DNA from: Auanema rhodensis
Taxonomy: Eukaryota > Animalia > Nematoda
Reading direction: 5' to 3'
DNA length: 64,000 nucleotides
NCBI GenBank assembly: GCA_964057225.1
Contig: OZ059897.1
Coordinates: forward strand, 4,898,001 to 4,962,000
Of the stretch, positions 14,301 to 29,300 are shown one piece after another. Numbering within the stretch: position 1 is the stretch's first letter; each line of letters starts with the position of its first letter. A model generated the notes under the pieces. That model was not told where the DNA came from. It ran no database searches and was given only the letters and a program-made list of their open reading frames with translations. A program made the translations under genes and the position numbers.

Positions 14301-17300
14301 GACTAATATGGACATGGGGAATCTAATTTTGAAAACCGCATCTCTTTATCTTTCACGTGAAGCGAGTTACATACCAAGTGCACATCACGTGTACATTTAA
14401 TTAGCATAAATTAAAGTTCACGTAAATTTCAAAGTCATGGTTACCATGCACCAATATCAATAAAAATTTGTTTTTAGACTAATATGGACATGGGGAATCT
14501 AATTTTGAAAACCGCATCTCTTTATCTTTCACGTGAAGTGAGTTACATACCAAGTGCACATCACGTGTACATTTAATTAGCATAAATTGAAGTTCATATC
14601 AATAAAAATTTGTTTTTAGACTAATATGGACATGGGGAATCTAATTTTGAAAACCGCATCTCTTTATCTTTCACGTGAAGCGAGTTACATACCAAGTGCA
14701 CAGCACGTGTACATTTAATTAGCATAAATTAAAGTTCACGTAAATTTCAAAGTCATGGTTACCATGCACCAATATCAATAAAAATTTGTTTTTAGACTAA
14801 TATGGACATGGGGAATCTAATTTTGAAAACCGCATCTCTTTATCTTTCACGTGAAGCGAGTTACATACCAAGTGCACATCACGTGTACATTTAATTAGCA
14901 TAAATTAAAGTTCACGTAAATTTCAAAGTCATGGTTACCATGCACCAATATCAATAAAAATTTGTTATTAGACTAATATGGACATGGGGAATCTAATTTT
15001 GAAAACCGCATCTCTTTATCTTTCACGTGAAGCGAGTTACATACCAAGTGCACATCACGTGTACATTTAATTAGCATAAATTAAAGTTCACGTAAATTTC
15101 AAAGTCATGGTTACCATGCACCAATATCAATAAAAATTTGTTTTTAGACTAATATGGACATGGGGAATCTAATTTTGAAAACCGCATCTCTTTATCTTTC
15201 ACGTGAAGTGAGTTACATACCAAGTGCACATCACGTGTACATTTAATTAGCATAAATTAAAGTTCACGTAAATTTCAAAGTCATGGTTACCATGCACCAA
15301 TATCAATAAAAATTTGTTTTTAGACTAATATGGACATGGGGAATCTAATTTTGAAAACCGCATCTCTTTATCTTTCACGTGAAGCGAGTTACATACCAAG
15401 TGCACATCACGTGTACATTTAATTAGCATAAATTAAAGTTCACGTAAATTTCAAACTCATGGTTACCATGCACCAATATCAATAAAAATTTGTTTTTAGA
15501 CTAATATGGACATGGGAAATCTAATTTTGAAAACCGCATCTCTTTATCTTTCACGTGAAGCGAGTTACATACCAAGTGCACAGCACGTGTACATTTAATT
15601 AGCATAAATTAAAGTTCACGTAAATTTCAAAGTCATGGTTACCATGCACCAATATCAATAAAAATTTGTTTTTAGACTAATATGGACATGGGGAATCTAA
15701 TTTTGAAAACCGCATCTCTTTATCTTTCACGTGAAGCGAGTTACATACCAAGTGCACATCACGTGTACATTTAATTAGCATAAATTAAAGTTCACGTAAA
15801 TTTCAAAGTCATGGTTACCATGCACCAATATCAATAAAAATTTGTTTTTAGACTAATATGGACATGGGGAATCTAATTTTGAAAACCGCATCTCTTTATC
15901 TTTCACGTGAAGCGAGTTACATACCAAGTGCACATCACGTGTACATTTAATTAGCATAAATTAAAGTTCACGTAAATTTCAAAGTCATGGTTACCATGCA
16001 CCAATATCAATAAAAATTTGTTTTTAGACTAATATGGACATGGGGAATCTAATTTTGAAAACCGCATCTCTTTATCTTTCACGTGAAGTGAGTTACATAC
16101 CAAGTGCACATCACGTGTACATTTAATTAGCATAAATTAAAGTTCACGTAAATTTCAAAGTCATGGTTACCATGCACCAATATCAATAAAAATTTGTTTT
16201 TAGACTAATATGGACATGGGGAATCTAATTTTGAAAACCGCATCTCTTTATCTTTCACGTGAAGCGAGTTACATACCAAGTGCACATCACGTGTACATTT
16301 AATTAGCATAAATTAAAGTTCACGTAAATTTCAAAGTCATGGTTACCATGCACCAATATCAATAAAAATTTGTTTTTAGACTAATATGGACATGGGGAAA
16401 CTAATTTTGAAAACCGCATCTCTTTATCTTTCACGTGAAGCAAGTCACATACCAAGTGCACATCACGTGCACATTTAATTAGCATAAATTAAAGTTCACG
16501 TAAATTTCAAACTCATGGTTACCATGCACCAATATCAATAAAAATTTGTTTTTAGACTAATATGGACATGGGGAATCTAATTTTGAAAACCGCATCTCTT
16601 TATCTTTCACGTGAAGTGAGTTACATACCAAGTGCACATCACGTGTACATTTAATTAGCATAAATTAAAGTTCACGTAAATTTCAAAGTCATGGTTACCA
16701 TGCACCAATATCAATAAAAATTTGTTTTTAGACTAATATGGACATGGGGAATCTAATTTTGAAAACCGCATCTCTTTATCTTTCACGTGAAGCGAGTTAC
16801 ATACCAAGTGCACAGCACGTGTACATTTAATTAGCATAAATTAAAGTTCACGTAAATTTCAAAGTCATGGTTACCATGCACCAATATCAATAAAAATTTG
16901 TTTTTAGACTAATATGGACATGGGGAATCTAATTTTGAAAACCGCATCTCTTTATCTTTCACGTGAAGCGAGTTACATACCAAGTGCACAGCACGTGTAC
17001 ATTTAATTAGCATAAATTAAAGTTCACGTAAATTTCAAAGTCATGGTTACCATGCACCAATATCAATAAAAATTTGTTTTTAGACTAATATGGACATGGG
17101 GAATCTAATTTTGAAAACCGCATCTCTTTATCTTTCACGTGAAGCGAGTTACATACCAAGTGCACATCACGTGTACATTTAATTAGCATAAATTAAAGTT
17201 CACGTAAATTTCAAAGTCATGGTTACCATGCACCAATATCAATAAAAATTTGTTTTTAGACTAATATGGACATGGGGAAACTAATTTTGAAAACCGCATC

Positions 17301-20300
17301 TCTTTATCTTTCACGTGAAGCAAGTCACATACCAAGTGCACATCACGTGCACATTTAATTAGCATAAATTAAAGTTCACGTAAATTTCAAACTCATGGTT
17401 ACCATGCACCAATATCAATAAAAATTTGTTTTTAGACTAATATGGACATGGGGAATCTAATTTTGAAAACCGCATCTCTTTATCTTTCACGTGAAGTGAG
17501 TTACATACCAAGTGCACATCACGTGTACATTTAATTAGCATAAATTAAAGTTCACGTAAATTTCAAAGTCATGGTTACCATGCACCAATAACAATAAAAA
17601 TTTGTTTTTAGACTAATATGGACATGGGGAATCTAATTTTGAAAACCGCATCTCTTTATCTTTCACGTGAAGCGAGTTACATACCAAGTGCACATCACGT
17701 GTACATTTAATTAGCATAAATTAAAGTTCACGTAAATTTCAAAGTCATGGTTACCATGCACCAATATCAATAAAATTTGTTTTTAGACTAATATGGACAT
17801 GGGGAATCTAATTTTGAAAACCGCATCTCTTTATCTTTCACGTGAAGCGAGTTACATACCAAGTGCACATCACGTGTACATTTAATTAGCATAAATTAAA
17901 GTTCACGTAAATTTCAAAGTCATGGTTACCATGCACCAATATCAATAAAAATTTGTTTTTAGACTAATATGGACATGGGGAATCTAATTTTGAAAACCGC
18001 ATCTCTTTATCTTTCACGTGAAGTGAGTTACATACCAAGTGCACATCACGTGTACATTTAATTAGCATAAATTAAAGTTCACGTAAATTTCAAAGTCATG
18101 GTTACCATGCACCAATATCAATAAAAATTTGTTTTTAGACTAATATGGACATGGGGAATCTAATTTTGAAAACCGCATCTCTTTATCTTTCACGTGAAGC
18201 GAGTTACATACCAAGTGCACATCACGTGTACATTTAATTAGCATAAATTAAAGTTCACGTAAATTTCAAAGTCATGGTTACCATGCACCAATATCAATAA
18301 AAATTTGTTTTTAGACTAATATGGACATGGGGAAACTAATTTTGAAAACCGCATCTCTTTATCTTTCACGTGAAGCAAGTCACATACCAAGTGCACATCA
18401 CGTGAACATTTAATTAGCATAAATTAAAGTTCACGTAAATTTCAAAGTCATGGTTACCATGCACCAATATCAATAAAAATTTGTTTTTAGACTAATATGG
18501 ACATGGGGAATCTAATTTTGAAAACCGCATCTCTTTATCTTTCACGTGAAGTGAGTTACATACCAAGTGCACATCACGTGTACATTTAATTAGCATAAAT
18601 TAAAGTTCACGTAAACTTCAAAGTCATGGTTACCATGCACCAATATCAATAAAAATTTGTTTTTAGACTAATATGGACATGGGGAATCTAATTTTGAAAA
18701 CCGCATCTCTTTATCTTTCACGTGAAGCGAGTTACATACCAAGTGCACATCACGTGTACATTTAATTAGCATAAATTAAAGTTCACGTAAATTTCAAAGT
18801 CATGGTTACCATGCACCAATATCAATAAAAATTTGTTTTTAGACTAATATGGACATGGGGAAACTAATTTTGAAAACCGCATCTCTTTATCTTTCACGTG
18901 AAGCAAGTCACATACCAAGTGCACATCACGTGCACATTTAATTAGCATAAATTAAAGTTCACGTAAATTTCAAACTCATGGTTACCATGCACCAATATCA
19001 ATAAAAATTTGTTTTTAGACTAATATGGACATGGGGAATCTAATTTTGAAAACCGCATCTCTTTATCTTTCACGTGAAGTGAGTTACATACCAAGTGCAC
19101 ATCACGTGTACATTTAATTAGCATAAATTAAAGTTCACGTAAATTTCAAAGTCATGGTTACCATGCACCAATATCAATAAAAATTTGTTTTTAGACTAAT
19201 ATGGACATGGGGAATCTAATTTTGAAAACCGCATCTCTTTATCTTTCACGTGAAGTGAGTTACATACCAAGTGCACATCACGTGTACATTTAATTAGCAT
19301 AAATTAAAGTTCACGTAAATTTCAAAGTCATGGTTACCATGCACCAATATCAATAAAAATTTGTTTTTAGACTAATATGGACATGGGGAATCTAATTTTG
19401 AAAACCGCATCTCTTTATCTTTCACGTGAAGCGAGTTACATACCAAGTGCACATCACGTGTACATTTAATTAGCATAAATTAAAGTTCACGTAAATTTCA
19501 AAGTCATGGTTACCATGCACCAATATCAATAAAAATTTGTTTTTAGACTAATATGGACATGGGGAAACTAATTTTGAAAACCGCATCTCTTTATCTTTCA
19601 CGTGAAGCAAGTCACATACCAAGTGCACATCACGTGCACATTTAATTAGCATAAATTAAAGTTCACGTAAATTTCAAACTCATGGTTACCATGCACCAAT
19701 ATCAATAAAAATTTGTTTTTAGACTAATATGGACATGGGGAATCTAATTTTGAAAACCGCATCTCTTTATCTTTCACGTGAAGTGAGTTACATACCAAGT
19801 GCACATCACGTGTACATTTAATTAGCATAAATTAAAGTTCACGTAAATTTCAAAGTCATGGTTACCATGCACCAATAACAATAAAAATTTGTTTTTAGAC
19901 TAATATGGACATGGGGAATCTAATTTTGAAAACCGCATCTCTTTATCTTTCACGTGAAGCGAGTTACATACCAAGTGCACATCACGTGTACATTTAATTA
20001 GCATAAATTAAAGTTCACGTAAATTTCAAAGTCATGGTTACCATGCACCAATATCAATAAAAATTTGTTTTTAGACTAATATGGACATGGGGAATCTAAT
20101 TTTGAAAACCGCATCTCTTTATCTTTCACGTGAAGCGAGTTACATACCAAGTGCACATCACGTGTACATTTAATTAGCATAAATTAAAGTTCACGTAAAT
20201 TTCAAAGTCATGGTTACCATGCACCAATATCAATAAAAATTTGTTTTTAGACTAATATGGACATGGGGAAACTAATTTTGAAAACCGCATCTCTTTATCT

Positions 20301-23300
20301 TTCACGTGAAGCAAGTCACATACCAAGTGCACATCACGTGCACATTTAATTAGCATAAATTAAAGTTCACGTAAATTTCAAACTCATGGTTACCATGCAC
20401 CAATATCAATAAAAATTTGTTTTTAGACTAATATGGACATGGGGAATCTAATTTTGAAAACCGCATCTCTTTATCTTTCACGTGAAGTGAGTTACATACC
20501 AAGTGCACATCACGTGTACATTTAATTAGCATAAATTAAAGTTCACGTAAATTTCAAAGTCATGGTTACCATGCACCAATAACAATAAAAATTTGTTTTT
20601 AGACTAATATGGACATGGGGAATCTAATTTTGAAAACCGCATCTCTTTATCTTTCACGTGAAGCGAGTTACATACCAAGTGCACATCACGTGCACATTTA
20701 ATTAGCATAAATTAAAGTTCACGTAAATTTCAAACTCATGGTTACCATGCACCAATATCAATAAAAATTTGTTTTTAGACTAATATGGACATGGGGAATC
20801 TAATTTTGAAAACCGCATCTCTTTATCTTTCACGTGAAGTGAGTTACATACCAAGTGCACATCACGTGTACATTTAATTAGCATAAATTAAAGTTCACGT
20901 AAATTTCAAAGTCATGGTTACCATGCACCAATAACAATAAAAATTTGTTTTTAGACTAATATGGACATGGAGAATCTAATTTTGAAAACCGCATCTCTTT
21001 ATCTTTCACGTTAAGCGAGTTACATACCAAGTGCACATCACGTGTACATTTAATTAGCATAAATTAAAGTTCACGTAAATTTCAAAGTCATGGTTACCAT
21101 GCACCAATATCAATAAAAATTTGTTTTTAGACTAATATGGACATGGGGAATCTAATTTTGAAAACCGCATCTCTTTATCTTTCACGTGAAGTGAGTTACA
21201 TACCAAGTGCACATCACGTGTACATTTAATTAGCATAAATTAAAGTTCACGTAAATTTCAAAGTCATGGTTACCATGCACCAATATCAATAAAAATTTGT
21301 TTTTAGACTAATATGGACATGGGGAATCTAATTTTGAAAACCGCATCTCTTTATCTTTCACGTGAAGCGAGTTACATACCAAGTGCACATCACGTGTACA
21401 TTTAATTAGCATAAATTAAAGTTCACGTAAATTTCAAAGTCATGGTTACCATGCACCAATATCAATAAAAATTTGTTTTTAGACTAATATGGACATGGGG
21501 AATCTAATTTTGAAAACCGCATCTCTTTATCTTTCACGTGAAGCGAGTTACATACCAAGTGCACATCACGTGTACATTTAATTAGCATAAATTAAAGTTC
21601 ACGTAAATTTCAAAGTCATGGTTACCATGCACCAATATCAATAAAAATTTGTTTTTAGACTAATATGGACATGGGGAATCTAATTTTGAAAACCGCATCT
21701 CTTTATCTTTCACGTGAAGTGAGTTACATACCAAGTGCACATCACGTGTACATTTAATTAGCATAAATTAAAGTTCACGTAAATTTCAAAGTCATGGTTA
21801 CCATGCACCAATATCAATAAAAATTTGTTTTTAGACTAATATGGACATGGGGAATCTAATTTTGAAAACCGCATCTCTTTATCTTTCACGTGAAGCGAGT
21901 TACATACCAAGTGCACATCACGTGTACATTTAATTAGCATAAATTAAAGTTCACGTAAATTTCAAAGTCATGGTTACCATGCACCAATATCAATAAAAAT
22001 TTGTTTTTAGACTAATATGGACATGGGGAAACTAATTTTGAAAACTGCATCTCTTTATCTTTCACGTGAAGCAAGTCACATACCAAGTGCACATCACGTG
22101 CACATTTAATTAGCATAAATTAAAGTTCACGTAAATTTCAAACTCATGGTTACCATGCACCAATATCAATAAAAATTTGTTTTTAGACTAATATGGACAT
22201 GGGGAATCTAATTTTGAAAACCGCATCTCTTTATCTTTCACGTGAAGTGAGTTACATACCAAGTGCACATCACGTGTACATTTAATTAGCATAAATTAAA
22301 GTTCACGTAAATTTCAAAGTCATGGTTACCATGCACCAATATCAATAAAAATTTGTTTTTAGACTAATATGGACATGGGGAATCTAATTTTGAAAACCGC
22401 ATCTCTTTATCTTTCACGTGAAGCGAGTTACATACCAAGTGCACAGCACGTGTACATTTAATTAGCATAAATTAAAGTTCACGTAAATTTCAAAGTCATG
22501 GTTACCATGCACCAATATCAATAAAAATTTGTTTTTAGACTAATATGGACATGGGGAATCTAATTTTGAAAACCGCATCTCTTTATCTTTCACGTGAAGC
22601 GAGTTACATACCAAGTGCACATCACGTGTACATTTAATTAGCATAAATTAAAGTTCACGTAAATTTCAAAGTCATGGTTACCATGCACCAATATCAATAA
22701 AAATTTGTTTTTAGACTAATATGGACATGGGGAATCTAATTTTGAAAACCGCATCTCTTTATCTTTCACGTGAAGCGAGTTACATACCAAGTGCACATCA
22801 CGTGTACATTTAATTAGCATAAATTAAAGTTCACGTAAATTTCAAAGTCATGGTTACCATGCACCAATATCAATAAAAATTTGTTTTTAGACTAATATGG
22901 ACATGGGGAATCTAATTTTGAAAACCGCATCTCTTTATCTTTCACGTGAAGTGAGTTACATACCAAGTGCACATCACGTGTACATTTAATTAGCATAAAT
23001 TAAAGTTCACGTAAATTTCAAAGTCATGGTTACCATGCACCAATATCAATAAAAATTTGTTTTTAGACTAATATGGACATGGGGAATCTAATTTTGAAAA
23101 CCGCATCTCTTTATCTTTCACGTGAAGCGAGTTACATACCAAGTGCACATCACGTGTACATTTAATTAGCATAAATTAAAGTTCACGTAAATTTCAAAGT
23201 CATGGTTACCATGCACCAATATCAATAAAAATTTGTTTTTAGACTAATATGGACATGGGGAAACTAATTTTGAAAACTGCATCTCTTTATCTTTCACGTG

Positions 23301-26300
23301 AAGCAAGTCACATACCAAGTGCACATCACGTGCACATTTAATTAGCATAAATTAAAGTTCACGTAAATTTCAAACTCATGGTTACCATGCACCAATATCA
23401 ATAAAAATTTGTTTTTAGACTAATATGGACATGGGGAATCTAATTTTGAAAACCGCATCTCTTTATCTTTCACGTGAAGTGAGTTACATACCAAGTGCAC
23501 ATCACGTGTACATTTAATTAGCATAAATTAAAGTTCACGTAAATTTCAAAGTCATGGTTACCATGCACCAATATCAATAAAAATTTGTTTTTAGACTAAT
23601 ATGGACATGGGGAATCTAATTTTGAAAACCGCATCTCTTTATCTTTCACGTGAAGCGAGTTACATACCAAGTGCACAGCACGTGTACATTTAATTAGCAT
23701 AAATTAAAGTTCACGTAAATTTCAAAGTCATGGTTACCAGGGACCAATATCAATAAAAATTTGTTTTTAGACTAATATGGACATGGGGAATCTAATTTTG
23801 AAAACCGCATCTCTTTATCTTTCACGTGAAGCGAGTTACATACCAAGTGCACATCACGTGTACATTTAATTAGCATAAATTAAAGTTCACGTAAATTTCA
23901 AAGTCATGGTTACCATGCACCAATATCAATAAAAATTTGTTTTTAGACTAATATGGACATGGGGAATCTAATTTTGAAAACCGCATCTCTTTATCTTTCA
24001 CGTGAAGCGAGTTACATACCAAGTGCACATCACGTGTACATTTAATTAGCATAAATTAAAGTTCACGTAAATTTCAAAGTCATGGTTACCATGCACCAAT
24101 ATCAATAAAAATTTATTTTTAGACTAATATGGACATGGGGAATCTAATTTTGAAAACCGCATCTCTTTATCTTTCACGTGAAGCGAGTTACATACCAAGT
24201 GCACATCACGTGTACATTTAATTAGCATAAATTAAAGTTCACGTAAATTTCAAAGTCATGGTTACCATGCACCAATATCAATAAAAATTTGTTTTTAGAC
24301 TAATATGGACATGGGGAATCTAATTTTGAAAACCGCATCTCTTTATCTTTCACGTGAAGCGAGTTACATACCAAGTGCACATCACGTGTACATTTAATTA
24401 GCATAAATTAAAGTTCACGTAAATTTCAAAGTCATGGTTACCATGCACCAATATCAATAAAAATTTGTTTTTAGACTAATATGGACATGGGGAATCTAAT
24501 TTTGAAAACCGCATCTCTTTATCTTTCACGTGAAGCGAGTTACATACCAAGTGCACATCACGTGTACATTTAATTAGCATAAATTAAAGTTCACGTAAAT
24601 TTCAAAGTCATGGTTACCATGCACCAATATCAATAAAAATTTGTTTTTAGACTAATATGGACATGGGGAATCTAATTTTGAAAACCGCATCTCTTTATCT
24701 TTCACGTGAAGTGAGTTACATACCAAGTGCACATCACGTGTACATTTAATTAGCATAAATTAAAGTTCACGTAAATTTCAAAGTCATGGTTACCATGCAC
24801 CAATATCAATAAAAATTTGTTTTTAGACTAATATGGACATGGGGAATCTAATTTTGAAAACCGCATCTCTTTATCTTTCACGTGAAGCGAGTTACATACC
24901 AAGTGCACATCACGTGTACATTTAATTAGCATAAATTAAAGTTCACGTAAATTTCAAAGTCATGGTTACCATGCACCAATATCAATAAAAATTTGTTTTT
25001 AGACTAATATGGACATGGGGAAACTAATTTTGAAAACCGCATCTCTTTATCTTTCACGTGAAGCAAGTCACATACCAAGTGCACATCACGTGCACATTTA
25101 ATTAGCATAAATTAAAGTTCACGTAAATTTCAAACTCATGGTTACCATGCACCAATATCAATAAAAATTTGTTTTTAGACTAATATGGACATGGGGAATC
25201 TAATTTTGAAAACCGCATCTCTTTATCTTTCACGTGAAGCAAGTCACATACCAAGTGCACATCACGTGTACATTTAATTAGCATAAATTAAAGTTCACGT
25301 AAATTTCAAAGTCATGGTTACCATGCACCAATAACAATAAAAATTTGTTTTTAGACTAATATGGACATGGGGAATCTAATTTTGAAAACCGCATCTCTTT
25401 ATCTTTCACGTGAAGTGAGTTACATACCAAGTGCACATCACGTGTACATTTAATTAGCATAAATTAAAGTTCACGTAAATTTCAAAGTCATGGTTACCAT
25501 GCACCAATATCAATAAAAATTTGTTTTTAGACTAATATGGACATGGGGAATCTAATTTTGAAAACCGCATCTCTTTATCTTTCACGTGAAGCGAGTTACA
25601 TACCAAGTGCACATCACGTGTACATTTAATTAGCATAAATTAAAGTTCACGTAAATTTCAAAGTCATGGTTACCATGCACCAATATCAATAAAAATTTGT
25701 TTTTAGACTAATATGGACATGGGGAATCTAATTTTGAAAACCGCATCTCTTTATCTTTCACGTGAAGTGAGTTACATACCAAGTGCACATCACGTGTACA
25801 TTTAATTAGCATAAATTAAAGTTCACGTAAATTTCAAAGTCATGGTTACCATGCACCAATATCAATAAAAATTTGTTTTTAGACTAATATGGACATGGGG
25901 AATCTAATTTTGAAAACCGCATCTCTTTATCTTTCACGTGAAGCGAGTTACATACCAAGTGCACATCACGTGTACATTTAATTAGCATAAATTAAAGTTC
26001 ACGTAAATTTCAAACTCATGGTTACCATGCACCAATATCAATAAAAATTTGTTTTTAGACTAATATGGACATGGGAAATCTAATTTTGAAAACCGCATCT
26101 CTTTATCTTTCACGTGAAGCGAGTTACATACCAAGTGCACAGCACGTGTACATTTAATTAGCATAAATTAAAGTTCACGTAAATTTCAAAGTCATGGTTA
26201 CCATGCACCAATATCAATAAAAATTTGTTTTTAGACTAATATGGACATGGGGAATCTAATTTTGAAAACCGCATCTCTTTATCTTTCACGTGAAGCGAGT

Positions 26301-29300
26301 TACATACCAAGTGCACATCACGTGTACATTTAATTAGCATAAATTAAAGTTCACGTAAATTTCAAAGTCATGGTTACCATGCACCAATATCAATAAAAAT
26401 TTGTTTTTAGACTAATATGGACATGGGGAATCTAATTTTGAAAACCGCATCACTTTATCTTTCACGTGAAGCGAGTTACATACCAAGTGCACATCACGTG
26501 TACATTTAATTAACATAAATTAAAGTTCACGTAAATTTCAAAGTCATGGTTACCATGCACCAATAACAATAAAAATTTGTTTTTAGACTAATATGGACAT
26601 GGGGAATCTAATTGTGAAAACCGCATCTCTTTATCTTTCACGTGAAGCAAGTTACATACCAAGTGCACATCACGTGCACATTTAATTAGCATAAATTAAA
26701 GTTCACGTAAATTTCAAAGTCATGGTTACCATGCACCAATATCAATAAAAATTTGTTTTTAGACTAATATGGACATGGGGAATCTAATTTTGAAAACCGC
26801 ATCTCTTTATCTTTCACGTGAAGCGAGTTACATACCAAGTGCACATCACGTGAACATTTAATTAGCATAAATTAAAGTTCACGTAAATTTCAAAGTCATG
26901 GTTACCATGCACCAATATCAATAAAAATTTGTTTTTAGACTAATATGGACATGGGGAATCTAATTTTGAAAACCGCATCTCTTTATCTTTCACGTGAAGT
27001 GAGTTACATACCAAGTGCACATCACGTGTACATTTAATTAGCATAAATTAAAGTTCACGTAAATTTCAAAGTCATGGTTACCATGCACCAATATCAATAA
27101 AAATTTGTTTTTAGACTAATATGGACATGGGGAATCTAATTTTGAAAACCGCATCTCTTTATCTTTCACGTGAAGCAAGTTACATACCAAGTGCACATCA
27201 CGTGTACATTTAATTAGCATAAATTAAAGTTCACGTAAATTTCAAAGTCATGGTTACCATGCACCAATATCAATAAAAATTTGTTTTTAGACTAATATGG
27301 ACATGGGGAATCTAATTTTGAAAACCGCATCTCTTTATCTTTCACGTGAAGCGAGTTACATACCAAGTGCACATCACGTGTACATTTAATTAGCATAAAT
27401 TAAAGTTCACGTAAATTTCAAAGTCATGGTTACCATGCACCAATATCAATAAAAATTTGTTTTTAGACTAATATGGACATGGGGAATCTAATTTTGAAAA
27501 CCGCATCTCTTTATCTTTCACGTGAAGCAAGTTACATACCAAGTGCACATCACGTGTACATTTAATTAGCATAAATTAAAGTTCACGTAAATTTCAAAGT
27601 CATGGTTACCATGCACCAATATCAATACAAATTTGGTTTTAGACTAATATGGACATGGGGAATCTAATTTTGAAAACCGCATCTCTTTATCTTTCACGTG
27701 AAGCAAGTTACATACCAAGTGCACATCACGTGTACATTTAATTAGCATAAATTAAAGTTCACGTAAATTTCAAAGTCATGGTTACCATGCACCAATATCA
27801 ATAAAAATTTGTTTTTAGACTAATATGGACATGGGGAATCTAATTTTGAAAACCGCATCTCTTTATCTTTCACGTGAAGCGAGTTACATACCAAGTGCAC
27901 ATCACGTGTACATTTAATTAGCATAAATTAAAGTTCACGTAAATTTCAAAGTCATGGTTACCATGCACCAATATCAATAAAAATTTGTTTTTAGACTAAT
28001 ATGGACATGGGGAATCTAATTTTGAAAACCGCATCTCTTTATCTTTCACGTGAAGCGAGTTACATACCAAGTGCACATCACGTGTACATTTAATTAGCAT
28101 AAATTAAAGTTCACGTAAATTTCAAAGTCATGGTTACCATGCACCAATATCAATAAAAATTTGTTTTTAGACTAATATGGACATGGGGAATCTAATTTTC
28201 AAATCCGCATCTCTTTATCTTTCACGTGAAGCGAGTTACATACCAAGTGCACATCACGTGTACATTTAATTAGCATAAATTAAAGTTCACGTAAATTTCA
28301 AAGTCATGGTTACCATGCACCAATATCAATAAAAATTTGTTTTTAGACTAATATGGACATGGGGAAACTAATTTTGAAAACCGCATCTCTTTATCTTTCA
28401 CGTGAAGCAAGTCACATACCAAGTGCACATCACGTGCACATTTAATTAGCATAAATTAAAGTTCACGTAAATTTCAAACTCATGGTTACCATTCACCAAT
28501 ATCAATAAAAATTTGTTTTTAGACTAATATGGACATGGGGAATCTAATTTTGAAAACCGCATCTCTTTATCTTTCACGTGAAGTGAGTTACATACCAAGT
28601 GCACATCACGTGTACATTTAATTAGCATAAATTAAAGTTCACGTAAATTTCAAAGTCATGGTTACCATGCACCAATAACAATAAAAATTTGTTTTTAGAC
28701 TAATATGGACATGGGGAATCTAATTTTGAAAACCGCATCTCTTTATCTTTCACGTGAAGCGAGTTACATACCAAGTGCACATCACGTGTACATTTAATTA
28801 GCATAAATTAAAGTTCACGTAAATTTCAAAGTCATGGTTACCATGCACCAATATCAATAAAAATTTGTTTTTAGACTAATATGGACATGGGGAATCTAAT
28901 TTTGAAAACCGCATCTCTTTATCTTTCACGTGAAGCGAGTTACATACCAAGTGCACATCACGTGTACATTTAATTAGCATAAATTAAAGTTCACGTAAAT
29001 TTCAAAGTCATGGTTACCATGCACCAATATCAATAAAAATTTGTTTTTAGACTAATATGGTCATGGGGAATCTAATTTTGAAAACCGCATCTCTTTATCT
29101 TTCACGTGAAGCAAGTCACATACCAAGTGCACATCACGTGCACATTTAATTAGCATAAATTAAAGTTCACGTAAATTTCAAACTCATGGTTACCATGCAC
29201 CAATATCAATAAAAATTTGTTTTTAGACTAATATGGACATGGGGAAACTAATTTTGAAAACCGCATCTCTTTATCTTTCACGTGAAGCAAGTCACATACC

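Noticed and set aside
17771-17776. 1-bp deletion (A4 instead of A5) in one monomer, and T9/T10 difference between the LINE copies
   Set aside because: Homopolymer length differences may be sequencing or consensus errors, so no biological inference is drawn.
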